From assembly GCF_044704955.1 (NCBI RefSeq), contig NC_091980.1, positions 274,474,001-274,538,000 on the forward strand: DNA of 64,000 nt. The letters are read 5' to 3'. A program made the translations under genes and the position numbers. Under the pieces are notes generated by a model that was given only the letters and a program-made list of their open reading frames with translations, made no database searches and was not told where the DNA came from. This document shows, in pieces, positions 37,472-49,557 of this stretch. This DNA is from Pristiophorus japonicus (lineage: Eukaryota). Numbering within the stretch: the stretch's first letter is position 1; each line of letters opens with the position of its first letter.

Positions 37472-40400
37472 GGGCTCAATTTTGCCCAAACCCGTTTTCT
37501 GGCGTATTGCCAGAGTTATGCCCGTTTTTCTCGGCCAGAAATGCACCAGAAATAATTTGCCAAAGTTTCCCTGATGTATAATTCGAATTTTGCGGCATGC
37601 AGCGTGTCCAGTTGCCTCGGTGGTGGGGGGGGGGAATGGAGGGGTGGTGGAGCCAGTTGTCTGCACCGAAACACGATGCCGCATCTTCTGCGCATACACG
37701 GAAAAAAAGTTACGTTTCTGACATCGTTGCAATGGATGTGCATGCCAAGTTGGCAATCGTCCATTTTTAAAGAGCCAGTTGTGTGTGAGAAGGAGTGCTG
37801 TGTGAGAGCATTGAAATAATCGCAGCTGCAGCAGTACAAGATGCAACGCGGTGCAAGGACCAAGAATTTCTTACAGGAAGAAGTGGAGGCACTAGTTACT
37901 GTGATTGAGAACAGATGGCAGGAGCTGGACACCAGCAGAGGTCACCCAAAGAAATGAATAAATGCTGGAACTAAGTTGCAGAAGATTACTCTGCAATGGT
38001 GACCACCACGAAATCTGGAGGCCAGTGTAAAAAGAAGTGGCAGGACCTTGGTCAAGTAGTTAGTGTAAGTAATATTTTCATTTATTCAATGGCATTGCAA
38101 TTGTAAATGTGACCCACCAAGCAGAAAGACACCCTCTTTAAAAAGTTACGTTTTCATCTTTGCAGAGAAAGATGGCACATAATAAAAGAGAAAGAACTCG
38201 AACAGGAGGAGGCCTGGCAAATCTGCACCTACTGACACGCTTGGAAGAGAAGGTCACTGCTTTGATGGATCCTGCCTGGAGAAAAGCAATCACCACTGCA
38301 CACGCTGAGCCCACACTCAAGGGAGAGGGTAAGTTCTGCAAATTCATCGTGGTCCTTCAAATCAGCCTGTCCTGCAATGTGTGAGCCTACTCATGCCACC
38401 CACCCTGCCCTCTCCTCTGCTGCTAACCATTTGACTTCTGTTTTACAGAACTTGAGGCCAACCCTGACGATGCATAAGATTCGAATGCGGACAAGCCTGA
38501 AGAAGAGAACATCTTCCAATCCAACCCTCCAGACTAAGAACATGGGGGGAGGGGGAGGAGGAGGGGATGGAGCTGGATGAATCTTCCACTGTTGTGCTGA
38601 CTTTGGAGCAGGTGCCGCCCATCGCGGTGACAGCCCCTTGCGAGGCACACCCAGGGCCCCACCGTTCCAGGCTGCGGGTTCCAGAGATGGGGTGCAGCGA
38701 GGCACACCCGTGGGGAGGAGGGGAAGGAGAGCTCAACCGTGCTCTCCTGAGGTGCAGGATCTAATGTGGTTCATATGATATTGAGTGCAGAGAGCATTGA
38801 CCTTACGCGATCACTCCTGGATGCCATCAGTGAGGTGAGTGATGAGGTAGCGGGACTGTTGGGAGAAGTAACAACAATGACATGAGAAATGGGAATTATG
38901 TCCGGGACCATCAGAGGGAATAGTGGCCGTGAGAGATGGAATATCAGAGGTAATGCAAACACTCACTGACCATGAGGGAGAGAATGTTGCAGGTCGTTGA
39001 GACACTGTCAGGGCGCATGAGGGAAGGCATGTTGGAGTTAGCTGCTGCAATGAACACACCCAGACCCCGTGCCCATTGACAGAATCGACTGTCACTCCCA
39101 CTCCAATTCCCACACTAGCCTCTGAAGAGTCCAAAGCCGGGCCCTCCAACTTGCTGCCTGCCGCCGACCCCCTCCCCCCCACGAGGTGCGCAGTACCCGA
39201 GATCTTAGAAAGAATAAGCTTGGTACCAAGCCCAGAAACACTGTGCCATCGCCTGTGGGCAGGGGTGGGGGAGTGTCCAAGACCCAGCACAATGGGCGGT
39301 CTTAGAATAAGGGGGATGAGAGATGGGTGGATGCAGCCTTTCTTTGTTGTTGTTATTATTGTTACTGTTGTAACTATTCTCAAATTAAAAGTTTTTTGTA
39401 AGTTATGTAAATTTACAAGTTTAAAAGTTTGTAAGTGATCTTAAAGAATGATCTTAAAATAAAGTTTGATACAAGAATAATTTTATTAAAGTTAAGTACA
39501 AAAGAACCCTTTGTTAAACTTTTGAATAAAATAATTTTACATTAAAACTGAATCATTTACATTATTTGTTCTATTAACACAACACAACATTATGGAACAG
39601 CTCCAAACAGTAAACATGGTCCATGTGGAATAATTGTCGCTGAGCCCTCGGGCATCAGCAAAGCATTCACATGATCTGCTGGCGCAAGGCTCGAACAATT
39701 GTTAAAGGAGCACGATGGCCTGCCCTCTTCCGCCATTGTGCTCTGGCCTCAGGTACTTAGAAACATAGAAAATAGATGCAAGAGTAAGCCATTCAGCTCT
39801 TTGAGCCTGCACCACCATTCAATGGCTGATCATTCACCTCAGTATCCCTTTTCATACCCCTTGATCCCTTTAGCCGTAAGGACCATATCTAACTCCCTCT
39901 TGAATATATCCAACGAACTGGCATCAACAACTCTCTGCAGTAGAGAATTCCAGAGTAACAACTCTGAGTGAAGACGTTTCTCCTCATCTCGGTCCTAAAT
40001 GACTTACCCTTTATCCTTAGACTGTGACCCCTGGTTCTGACTTCCCCAACATCGAGAACATTCTTCCTACATCTAACCTGTCCAGTCCCGTCAGAATTTT
40101 ATATGTTAAAACCGGGGCATGCTTGCATGGCTTCCTCATCCTCGTCGTCCTCTTCCTTCTCATTATCTGCATCTTCCACATCATTATCATCAGCCACTCT
40201 CACCGCAGGTGGGTTTTCCACTACCAAGTGTTGCTGCCTCATGATGGCTAAGTTATGCAGCACGCAGCACACAACAGTGAGCTGACTGCCAATCTCAGGG
40301 GAGTACAGCAAATAGCTTACGGAATGGTCCAGGCATTAGAAACGCTGTTTCAATATGCCAATCGTCCTCTCTATGATGTTGCACATCGCAATGTGCGACA

Positions 40401-42188
40401 TGTATTTATGGTCAGCTTCCGTCTGGATTACGCGTAGGGGTATCATGAGCCAGGTGGCGAGGCTGTATCCTTTATGTCCCAGTAGCCAGCTCTGCCCTTC
40501 TGGCTGCTGCTGCTGAAACATGGCAGATATAACGCTAGGATGAACGCATCATGGGTGCTCCCAGCGTATCTTACATCGACTGACATATGATGCATGTCGT
40601 CACACATGAGCTGTACATTAATGGAGTGGAAGCCTTTTCTGTTCCTGTACATCTCAGAATCCTCCAAAGGTGCTGGCAAGGCAATGTGGGTACAATCAAT
40701 GCAGCCCTGTACCTTTGGGAAGCCAGCAATCCTGAAGAAGCCCACAGCCCTGTCATGGATTGCTTGGGCGATCATGGGGAACTTTATGAAGTCATACAGA
40801 AAGTTGTTGAGGCCAATTCACTAAATATATTCAAAAAGGAGTTAGATGTAGTCCTTACTACTAGGGGGTCAAGGGGTATGGCGAGAAAGCAGGAATGGGG
40901 TACTGAAGTTGCATGTTCAGCCATGAACTCATTGGATGGTGGTGCAGGCTCAAAGGGCCAAATGGCCTACTTCTGCACATATTTTCTATGTTTCCTCCGC
41001 GCATAAAGTGCAGCCGTCACCTGGCAAATGCAGACATGTGTTCATGTTGAGAGATGGCGCACATATCCCCAGTTGTAGCTTGAAACAAGGCGGAGGCATA
41101 GAATGAAAGTGCAGCTGTAACCTTCACTTCAACTAACAAAGCAGTCCTCCTGATGCTTCTAGGTTGCAGGTCTGCTTTGACCAACTCGCAGATCTCAGTT
41201 ACAACTTCTTTGTGGAAACGCAGCTTTCTGACAGTCTGCATCACTCAGGTGGAGGTATGAACACCTGTTTTGATATACCCGAGGTGGGTAAGGCCTCCTG
41301 CCCAGCACCCCATGGGCTCTGATGTTCCTGATGCAATGACGTTGAATCAATTGTCTCCTACGTAGCACCATGATGCACAAGGTATGGTATTGTCAGTATT
41401 GCTGCCATACTTAAATTTAACCTTTGAAAGAAGTTCAAAACGGCAGGAAAGCAGGCTGTTCAGGTTCACAGTTCTGTCTCCCTAAGGATGGACCATACCA
41501 ATGGTCTTGTGACTTCTCCCTTCCCCCCCTGCCCTTATCTAATTGCAGTCTTGTGACTTCTCCTCTCTTTCCCCCCCCACCCCATCCTTAACTAATTGTA
41601 GTCTTCAGAAGCCTTCCGATCGGCACCTCGCTCCCCGGGCTCAAAGCCTTCCGCTCAGCACCTCGCTCTCTCTTTCCCTCACCCCGCAGCTTGTTTTCTA
41701 GCCAAGCCCCTCCCCACCGAGCCGCTGTGTCCGGGCGCAGGGCCGATTCTGCCAGCCAAAGCTACAACCCTCCAGCCCTGCTTCAAGACGTTCGGTGGTG
41801 ATGTGTGTGAGTAAAAAAGAGAACTTCTGAAATCCAGCAAATTTACATTTACTATGTTGACAGGTTAAAAAAAAGTTGAACTTTATTATTGATTTTTAGT
41901 GTTCTTGACTCCCTCCAAAATCTTAGATTTAAAAAAATGGCGTCTTTCATTCCGATTTCTCAACATGCACTGGTTTTCTTAAGTGCCCAGAAGGTTTTTC
42001 GGGGTGCGAAAAATTGAAAAAACCGGCACAGACATGAGGGAACACCCTGTTAAAAACGTTTTTTTTAAAAAACTGGCCTAGAAAAATTGTAATTAAGTCA
42101 GTTACACCAGTGCAGATCACAGGGGGAAACTTGGAAAAAAATCAATACGCCCAAAAAAAAGCACAAATGACCGGGGAAAATTGAGCCC
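37472..42188. mobile_element. PIF/Harbinger transposon copy 2, full length, both genes disabled
   Basis: TIR GGGCTCAATTTT(G/C)CCC; TSD TAT; Myb gene + from 37841; transposase - ~41408-39640 (GFPKVQGCIDCTH, RNRKGFHSINVQ, GSTHDAFIL, IERTIGILKQRF); CR1 tails inserted at ~39758-40105 and ~40796-40993. Confidence 0.93.
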
Positions 42189-43120
42189 TATATTATACCA
42201 TGCAATGCAGCACGTAGCTACACCTTAGCAGCAGAATAATATTTCCTCTTACAGGCACAAGTCTTTTAAATAACCACCGGATGAATCAGTTTAATTACTG
42301 TTCTTTTTAGCGGAGTGATTATGTTCATGAACATTTTTGTCCTGCGCGTATGCCATAGACTCCATCCCTTTTTGCGCATGCTCACTCGATCCAGTCATGC
42401 ATACGCAGTACGATATATGTGGAAGCTGGTCGTAGGGTCGAACCGTGTTGCCGAGCTTGGAGCTCGAGTCTGAACCTGATGCTGGGACTTTTGGGTTATC
42501 TATCGAAAATCAATGACTATACTATACTAAAGTAGCCTCCAGGACTTTTACCTAGAATATCACTGTGATTATCTACACAAACATTTGTGCGGCCTTCTGA
42601 GAGAGAGGAAATCGGAGAGAGTGTGGGACGCGGGGAGGGGGGGGGCAAGTGAGAGACTAGGGAAAGAGAGGGGCAGAGAGGAGATCGGAGGGAACTCTGA
42701 GAGGAGGTAAGGAACTCGTGTGGCGGGGGGGGAGGTAAAGAGCACAGAACAGTGGGGATGGAGGAAGAAGTGATCCAGGTCTAAAGGGGGGGGGGTTCAG
42801 AGCGAGATGTGATCCAGATGGTAAGATCGATCACATTTCTTCCAACCCCACCCCCTTTACACCCGCACTACATTCTCCCTCTACACCGGGTTCATTTCTC
42901 GGAAAGCTCAGTACATGTGTGGCAAGTGACATCATTGGACTGGACAGAATCTGGAAGTCACAACACTGTCGCTATTCACATACCCAATAAACTTGTTAAC
43001 AATCTGTGACCCACACACAATGCCCCATCTACAGGGGTGTGGGGGGTAGAATCTAAGGTCAGGGAATTATTGGGGGGAGAAAGTCATGAATTCGTAGGGT
43101 TGGGGTGGTGGGGGGGGGCT

Positions 43121-43340
43121 ACTTGGGCAGGGGGAGAAGGACAGGATCTCGGTGGGGAAAGAAGATCAGGAACTTGGGCAGGGGGAGAAGGATAGGAACT
43201 CGGTGGGGAAAGAAGATCAGGAACTTGGGCAGGGGGAGAAGGATAGGAACTTGGGTGGTGGGGCAGGAGGTCAGGTATTTGGGCGGGGGGAGAATGTCTG
43301 AACTTGGGTGGGAGAGAAGGTCAGAAACTTGGGCAGGGGG
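43121..43340. repeat. G-rich minisatellite, 51-bp unit
   Basis: acttgggcagggggagaagga at 43121, 43172 and 43223, then degenerate copies. Confidence 0.85.
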
Positions 43341-43892
43341 GGTCGGGGATGGGGGCAGGAAATTGTTTGGGTGGTGGGATAAGGTCTTAACCCATGAGAG
43401 TGAGCCCTGTCCCAAGTGAGCTCTTTCTGCCTGGAGTCGGCAGTCTGAATGACTCAAATTACACTTTGCAAAGTCACTGACAGGGTAGTTCTAATTACAC
43501 AATCCAGAGAAACTGCTGGCTGCGTATTTTCTTCCAAGGGGACCAATCAGGTCTTGTGATCAAGGGGACCCAATCAGAGCCTTTGGTGTTGCAAACTAAC
43601 GCATCCTTTTTTTAAAACTGATTTTCTAAGTCCACTCACTTTACAGACATACTAACTCCTGTGTCAAATGACTGCTTTTGCAAAAATTGGAGTGACAGAG
43701 TTAACATGAAGTACAGTAAATGTGCTCTAGTCTTAGTTTATATAATAAAAGTTGTGACTAACACACATTTGCTGTTTGTCACATTTACTTCCTGTAATCT
43801 CGTACTTTGTCACACTTTGTTGAAGCAAAAACACAAAAAGGTACATGAGAATCAAAAACGAGAAAGTGGCGAGAAAACTGCCAATAGAACTA

Positions 43893-44401
43893 CAGGCAAC
43901 TCTCGATTATCCGGGTCCCTCGGGGATTGGGCTATTCCGGGTAAACGATTTTTCCATTAGGGTGAGTCTACATTTTAAAGTTAAAACTTTAATGAATAAA
44001 TACAATCGTTAGGGCGAGTTTACATTTATAAGTTAAAACTTTAATGAATCAATACAAACAGTAACAAAAGATGGACATTACCAGCATGCATGTACAGGTT
44101 CTGTGCCTGGAACCCGGTGCCGGTACTGCCCGTTTCCAACGTCAGCGGCGGTCGCGAGAGACAGCGGCTGCAGCAGCGCGCACACACACACCAGCAAAGC
44201 AAGGGCAGAGGAGGGTGATTTTTATGGTGAGTGAGAGAATGTGTGAGAGAGCGAATGAGCAAATACAAATGAGCACAGTGTTTGGAAGGAGATTTTTCCA
44301 AATTATTTGGGGCTGTTTTTTCACTTGTCAGCAACAGAATTTAAAATCCCGTTACAACGGTTTTCCGTTGGATCCTTGTACGGATAATCGAGAGTTGCCT
44401 G
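43893..44401. mobile_element. Tc1/mariner (Tigger/pogo-like) MITE
   Basis: Perfect 21-bp TIR CAGGCAACTCTCGATTATCCG; TA TSD; internal ~52-bp tandem duplication. Confidence 0.9.
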
Positions 44402-44419
44402 TACTAAGGATGTCATAAA

Positions 44420-44850
44420 AAAATAACTTGCATTTATATAGTGCCTTTCATAACCCCAGGATGTCTCGAAGCCATTTACAGCCTATGGGGTATTTTAAAA
44501 GTGTAGTCACTTATAATTTAGGAAATACGACAGCCAATTTGTGTACAACGAGGTCCACAAACAATGTGATAATGACCAGATAATCTGTTTTTTAATAATA
44601 TTGGTTGGAGGATAAATATTGTCTAGATCACCGGGAGAGCTCCCCTGCTCTTCTTCAAGATGGTTCTAACGGAGAGTGCTTTGGTTTAACATTTTATCTG
44701 AACGACGGCAACTCCAACAGTGCAGCACTCCCTCAGTACTGCAGCGGAGTGTCAGCCTAGATTTTGTGCTCAAGTCTCTGGAGTGGGACTTCAATCCACA
44801 ACCTTCTGTCTCAGAGGCAAGACAACTACCACTGAGCCACGGCTGACACC
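44420..44850 (-). mobile_element. Deu-domain SINE
   Basis: Reverse complement of the 9135 family. Confidence 0.8.
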
Positions 44851-46049
44851 TAAAAATAGGTACTTTTAAAAAAATAATTCAAAAAAATGTTTTTTCCACC
44901 TCTCAGATGATGAGTTAATTGCTGGAAGTGATTGACAGGAAGAATATCCATTTGTGAAGGTTGTTGGTTGTAAACCCTGCCCCTTTCCAAACATTTACCA
45001 AGAAATGCAAAAATTGCTGCCTGAATTTTGCTGATTTAAAATTAAAATTAAGTTTTATCAAAGCAGCCATGAGTTTATTTACCATGCCAAGGAGGCAAAG
45101 TCACAAATAGTGGACTCTTAATTATTTATGAAGCAGTGATGCATTAATTTTACCTCCCCCCTCCCAATTCCACCTTCCATGTTGCTCAACCACAGTACAT
45201 CCACCCCACTGCTGAAAAAAATCCCAGATCTCTATCCCAGTGCTACTGAATCTCAGGACCAATCCATCTGCATACTGCCAAAGCTTAGGAGTACTAAACT
45301 GTACTGCTAATCAGGGATCTATCACTAACATTGTTATATATTGCTGGATATCACAGCTTTAAAAAGGTATGGGACAAAATTTAAATACATAGATAAAGAA
45401 ATATAAATAAAATAATCAAAACCAGATTTAGTTTTCACAGAAAAATAAACAGTTACAAAATTCAATCCCTTAAACGCATTCATAATTTAAGAATACCATA
45501 TAATTAGAATAGAATTTGACTTATTCAGTCATCATAAATTAGTGGCTCAAAGCACATTATGCATTACATGGCAACACATCCGTATAAAACAGTCACTGGA
45601 GATCTATTTATGTATGTATATACATTGATTAGTGTGTACTTTTTTGTTCTTGCGATGCAAGCCATGAATGCATTTTTATTGCCCACCCTTAGTTGCTCTG
45701 AAACGGTGGAGGTGGGTCTTGTTCAATTGCTGCAATCCTTGTGCTGATTGTGTTCCCATTAACCTATTATATAGAGAATTTCAAGACTTTGACCCAGTGG
45801 CAATGAAAGCATGCTGGTATATGCCCAAGTCGGGTTGGTGTCAGACTTGAAAGGAAACTTGTTCCCACTGTCTTACTGCTCTTGTCCTCCTTGGTGGTAG
45901 AGATTGAGGGATTGTCAAAGTAAGCTTGCATAAGTTGCTGTAGGGCATTTATTGTGTCACGACTTTGGAGCAACATTTTTATGTCAACATTAAAATGGGG
46001 AAATCCTAAGTCAACATTTGCATGTCATGCTTTTGAATATAAATCATTG

Positions 46050-46370
46050 CAACAGGTACTGCATATCAACACAGAGCTTACGGGAAGCTGCCATAACGCC
46101 TTTATCCTGTGGCATTCAGCCATCACACAGCTATTCAGGGAACACTACCCCTTGATGCCATGACACAATTCTGTGTGACCTGCGATGAAGAACAGCAACA
46201 TCACAATTAGCCTATGCAGCAACCAGCTAGGTGATGGATAGGATCATGGAGGTTCTGAAAGGTCAAATCTGATGCCTGGACAAGTCATGGGGTGTCCTCC
46301 AGTACACGTCATAGAGGGTGGTAAGAATAATTGTGGCCTGGTGTGCACTTCAGAATTTCACCTTATTGGG
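46050..46370 (+). pseudogene. Decayed Harbinger transposase C-terminus (third element)
   Basis: TGSCHNAFIL...I*CLDKSWGVLQYTS*RVVRIIVAWCALQN aligns with GSTHDAFIL...RCLDHSGGYLQYSP...VCCMLHN. Confidence 0.75.
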
Positions 46371-46706
46371 GGGTTGCTCAGTCTGGACAGACGTGCATGG
46401 AGTCCATGATACCAGAAGATCCTAAGCCAAAGATCCTGGGAGCCTATGGATAATGTCCGCTCAGATGTGTCACCATTTTGAGCTGCCAGGACTATCAGAG
46501 GGCAGCTTGTTACAGAGGTGTTCAGCACCGGATTGCCTCCTCCTACAGAACACAGCTTGCCCACTTTCTCCCTCGCTCTCAGACAAAAAGGACTATTTGA
46601 AAGCAATGCCACACAAGCACAACAATGCATTAGCCCTCTTATCCCCCACAGCACTATGTCAACTTTCATCAGTTGAGTGAACACTGACCCATTTGTGTGG
46701 ACCATT

Positions 46707-46793
46707 GTGACGAAGGGTCTCAGACCTGAAACGTTAACTGTTTCTCACCACAGATGCTGCCTGGTCTGTTGAATGTTTCCAGCATTTTCTGTT
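46707..46793 (+). mobile_element. Penelope-type fragment with hammerhead-like core
   Basis: gTGACGA A GGGTC tca GACCT GAAACGTTAAC; 15-bp TSD tttgtgtggaccatt. Confidence 0.65.
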
Positions 46794-46914
46794 TTTGTGT
46801 GGACCATTCCCTGTGTGACTGATTTCAATGATTAATGAACCAGAGAATTAAAGTGAGAATTCAACTTTAATACAACAATGAAGAGAACACAAACAGGCAT
46901 ATCCAAGTACTTTT

Positions 46915-47590
46915 TAAATGCGATGAGGGTTTCTGCCTCTACCACCCTTTCAGGCAGTGAGTTCCAGACCCACACCACCTTCTGGGTGAAAAAAATTCTC
47001 CTCACTCCCCTCGACTCCTTCTGCCAATTATTTTAAATCTATGCCCCCTAGTTATTGACCTTTCTGCTTAGGGAAATAGGTCCTTCCTATCCACTGCATC
47101 TAGGCCCCTCATAATTTTATACTCAATTAAATCTCCCCTCAGCCTCCTCTGTTCCAAAGAAAATAACCCCAGCCTAAACAACCTTTCCTCATAGCTAAAA
47201 TTCTCCAGCCCAGGCAACATCCTAGTAAATCTCTTCTGTACCCTCTCTAGTGCAATGACATCTTTCCTATAATGTGGTGACCAAAACTGCACAAGTACTC
47301 TAGCTGTGGCCTAACTAGTGTTTTATACAGTTCTCAGGCAAGAGTGACCTTTAACAAGCACTCCGACGTCACCAGTTGTGAAGCTTATGCAAGTCAAGTT
47401 CTAGCATAACCTCCCTGTTCTTATATTCTATGCCTTGTCAGATAAAGAAAAGTGTGCCTCAACCGCCTTATCTGTCTGTCCTGCTACCTTCAGGGATCTG
47501 TGGACATGCAGTCCAAGGTCCCTCTGTTCCTCTGTACTTCTCAGTATCCGACCATTCATTGTGTATTCCCCTGCCTTGTTTGCCCTCCCC
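46915..47590 (-). mobile_element. CR1 fragment
   Basis: QFWSPHYRKDVIALERVQKRFTRMLPG. Confidence 0.8.
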
Positions 47591-48014
47591 ATTAACTGCA
47601 TTAACTCAGAAAAAAATAAGTGCAAAAACGACATACATTAACTGCAAGATATAAAACATTCTCCACAGAACTGTTAGTGCACGTTGAACCTTAATAAAGA
47701 AATATCCAAAGACAAACAGGCCTGCATCAGTGACTCAGTACAGAATAACGCGCTGTCAAACTGCAGACATTAATCACAAGATTATAAACCAACTCCATAG
47801 AATTGTATAAGTGCTCATTGAACCTTGATACAGAAATGGCCAAAGACAAATAGGCCTCCTTCAGTAATTCAGAACAGAAACAGTGCAAAGTCAACTGTCA
47901 TGTAGTTATGGCACTGTACAAAGCAGGAACAATCTAAGTAAGTACAATCAAAGTAAGTGCACTTTGAACTGGACATGGTAAGTGACCCGATGCAATCAGA
48001 CTCTTACTCTTACC

Positions 48015-49371
48015 TTACTCTTTCAAGACATGCGCATCCCACCTGGTGCCTAGACGTGCCTTTCTGACAACTATTCTACTGCTGCGTCTGACATTGTCTT
48101 CAGGACCAGTAAGGTGGGAAGTGGTGGGCTCCTGATGCTGGAGTGAATAGTCATGCTCTCGACTCATGGCAGCTAACTCCTGGCATGGAGCTGCTGCTGA
48201 TTGCATCTCTGGAGCGGGCACCTGTGTAGCCTGGTCTCGCCTGCCATGTTCCACTGGCATGGTGGTCTGAGGGTGAAGGCCAGAGACCTGGCAAGTGCTG
48301 TTGCCCTGAGAGTCACCAGTATCAGGCACTTGGACTGCAACCACCGCCCTTCCCCTTGGTCCTGGAATTGTGGCCCCAGTCTTAAGCTGGATGGCTAGTC
48401 TGATGGCAGCCACCAAATCCTGGAAGCCCTGAGTCACTGCATTAGTCAGAGACTGGAAGCCATTATTCAAGGTGTCCTCCAATCTGTCCCCTAATGCCAC
48501 CAGGGCTGCAGTATGAGCTTCCAAGAAGGCGGAGGCCCCGACTGCATCTTGTCTGGCTCGAACGTGGGGATCTACTGCATGCCCCAATGCAGCTGCAACT
48601 TGTTGCATCGGTTCACGCAAAGCAGACACCGCCTCCATGATGTTGCCACTTATCACAGCGTACCTTTCATGTTCCTGGAGCACGTGTCTTTTAAGGCGAC
48701 AACTCATGGGGTCTGGGTCCCATGATTCTTCAGTCCTTGGCCGCTTTCTACTCTGCCTCTGTGGAGAAGTGGCCACATCCTCCCCAACTTCCCACTCTTC
48801 CTGGTCCCTCGAACTGTCAGCCTTAGCCGGTAAGTTTACCTGGCTCCGCCGAACTAGCTGCCCCCGAGGGCCTGTCTCTGCACTGGTGCTTGGAATAGAT
48901 GAGCTAGGTGACACTGCTGTTGAGATGGAGGGTCTTGGAGGAGGTAATGATGGTGTGCTCTCAGACGAGGACAGAAGACTAGACCCCTGGTTGGCTTCCG
49001 CCTCATCATCTTCCTCATGAAGGTCTACAGGAATATGGAGGCCCAGGCACTCTTCATTCATTTCTTCCTGGAGCTTCTCCTCTTGCTCCTCCTCAGTTAG
49101 CTGCTGCGGCTTTGGTGGATCTGTATGGGGAAAAAGCGTAAGGTTATGGATGCAGTCTCCATTTAAAGGGGGCAAACGGTCGGGTCTGCATAATGGTGCA
49201 AGGGCTACCATGCAGAGATAACAGGAATTTAGATATTTACCACTGCCGACCTCAGCTTCCGTCGCAGCCCAGGTGCTGAATGGCTTTCTCTTCATGGGAG
49301 GTCAAGGTTCTGAGAATGGAGATCTGCTCTACAGTGATCTTCCTCTCTCTGGCGTTGTACGCCAACTTATC
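48015..49371 (-). pseudogene. Harbinger Myb-type accessory gene, exons 2 (49241-49371) and 3 (48015-49120); exon 1 not found
   Basis: tttgcAG|DKLAYNARERKIT parallels RKLAHKKRERTRT; G|gtaaat...catacAG|AT phase-1 intron as in copy 2; exon 3 open for 367 codons. Confidence 0.7.
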
Positions 49372-49557
49372 CTGCAAAGAGAAAAGAGAATGTAGGTTAG
49401 GATTGCAATTGATCACTGTAAGGTTGCAAGGGTGTCAAATTAGTGTAGCATGTTTAGGGGTTGTGCTCGTCAGTTCCTTTGTTTAGGGAGCTATTCAGGC
49501 ATGTGCACTGCAGGTTTGGGTGACAAAGGTACCCTTAGCAGAGTGCAGTCTGAAGAG

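Noticed and set aside
43105-43457. Repetitive ORFs on both strands
   Set aside because: Products of the 51-bp minisatellite; not a CRISPR array since there are no unique spacers
48015-49295. 426-aa ORF taken as a single-exon novel gene
   Set aside because: Its first ~58 codons run through the end of exon 2 and an intron (gtaaat...catacag); the exon structure matches the Harbinger accessory gene
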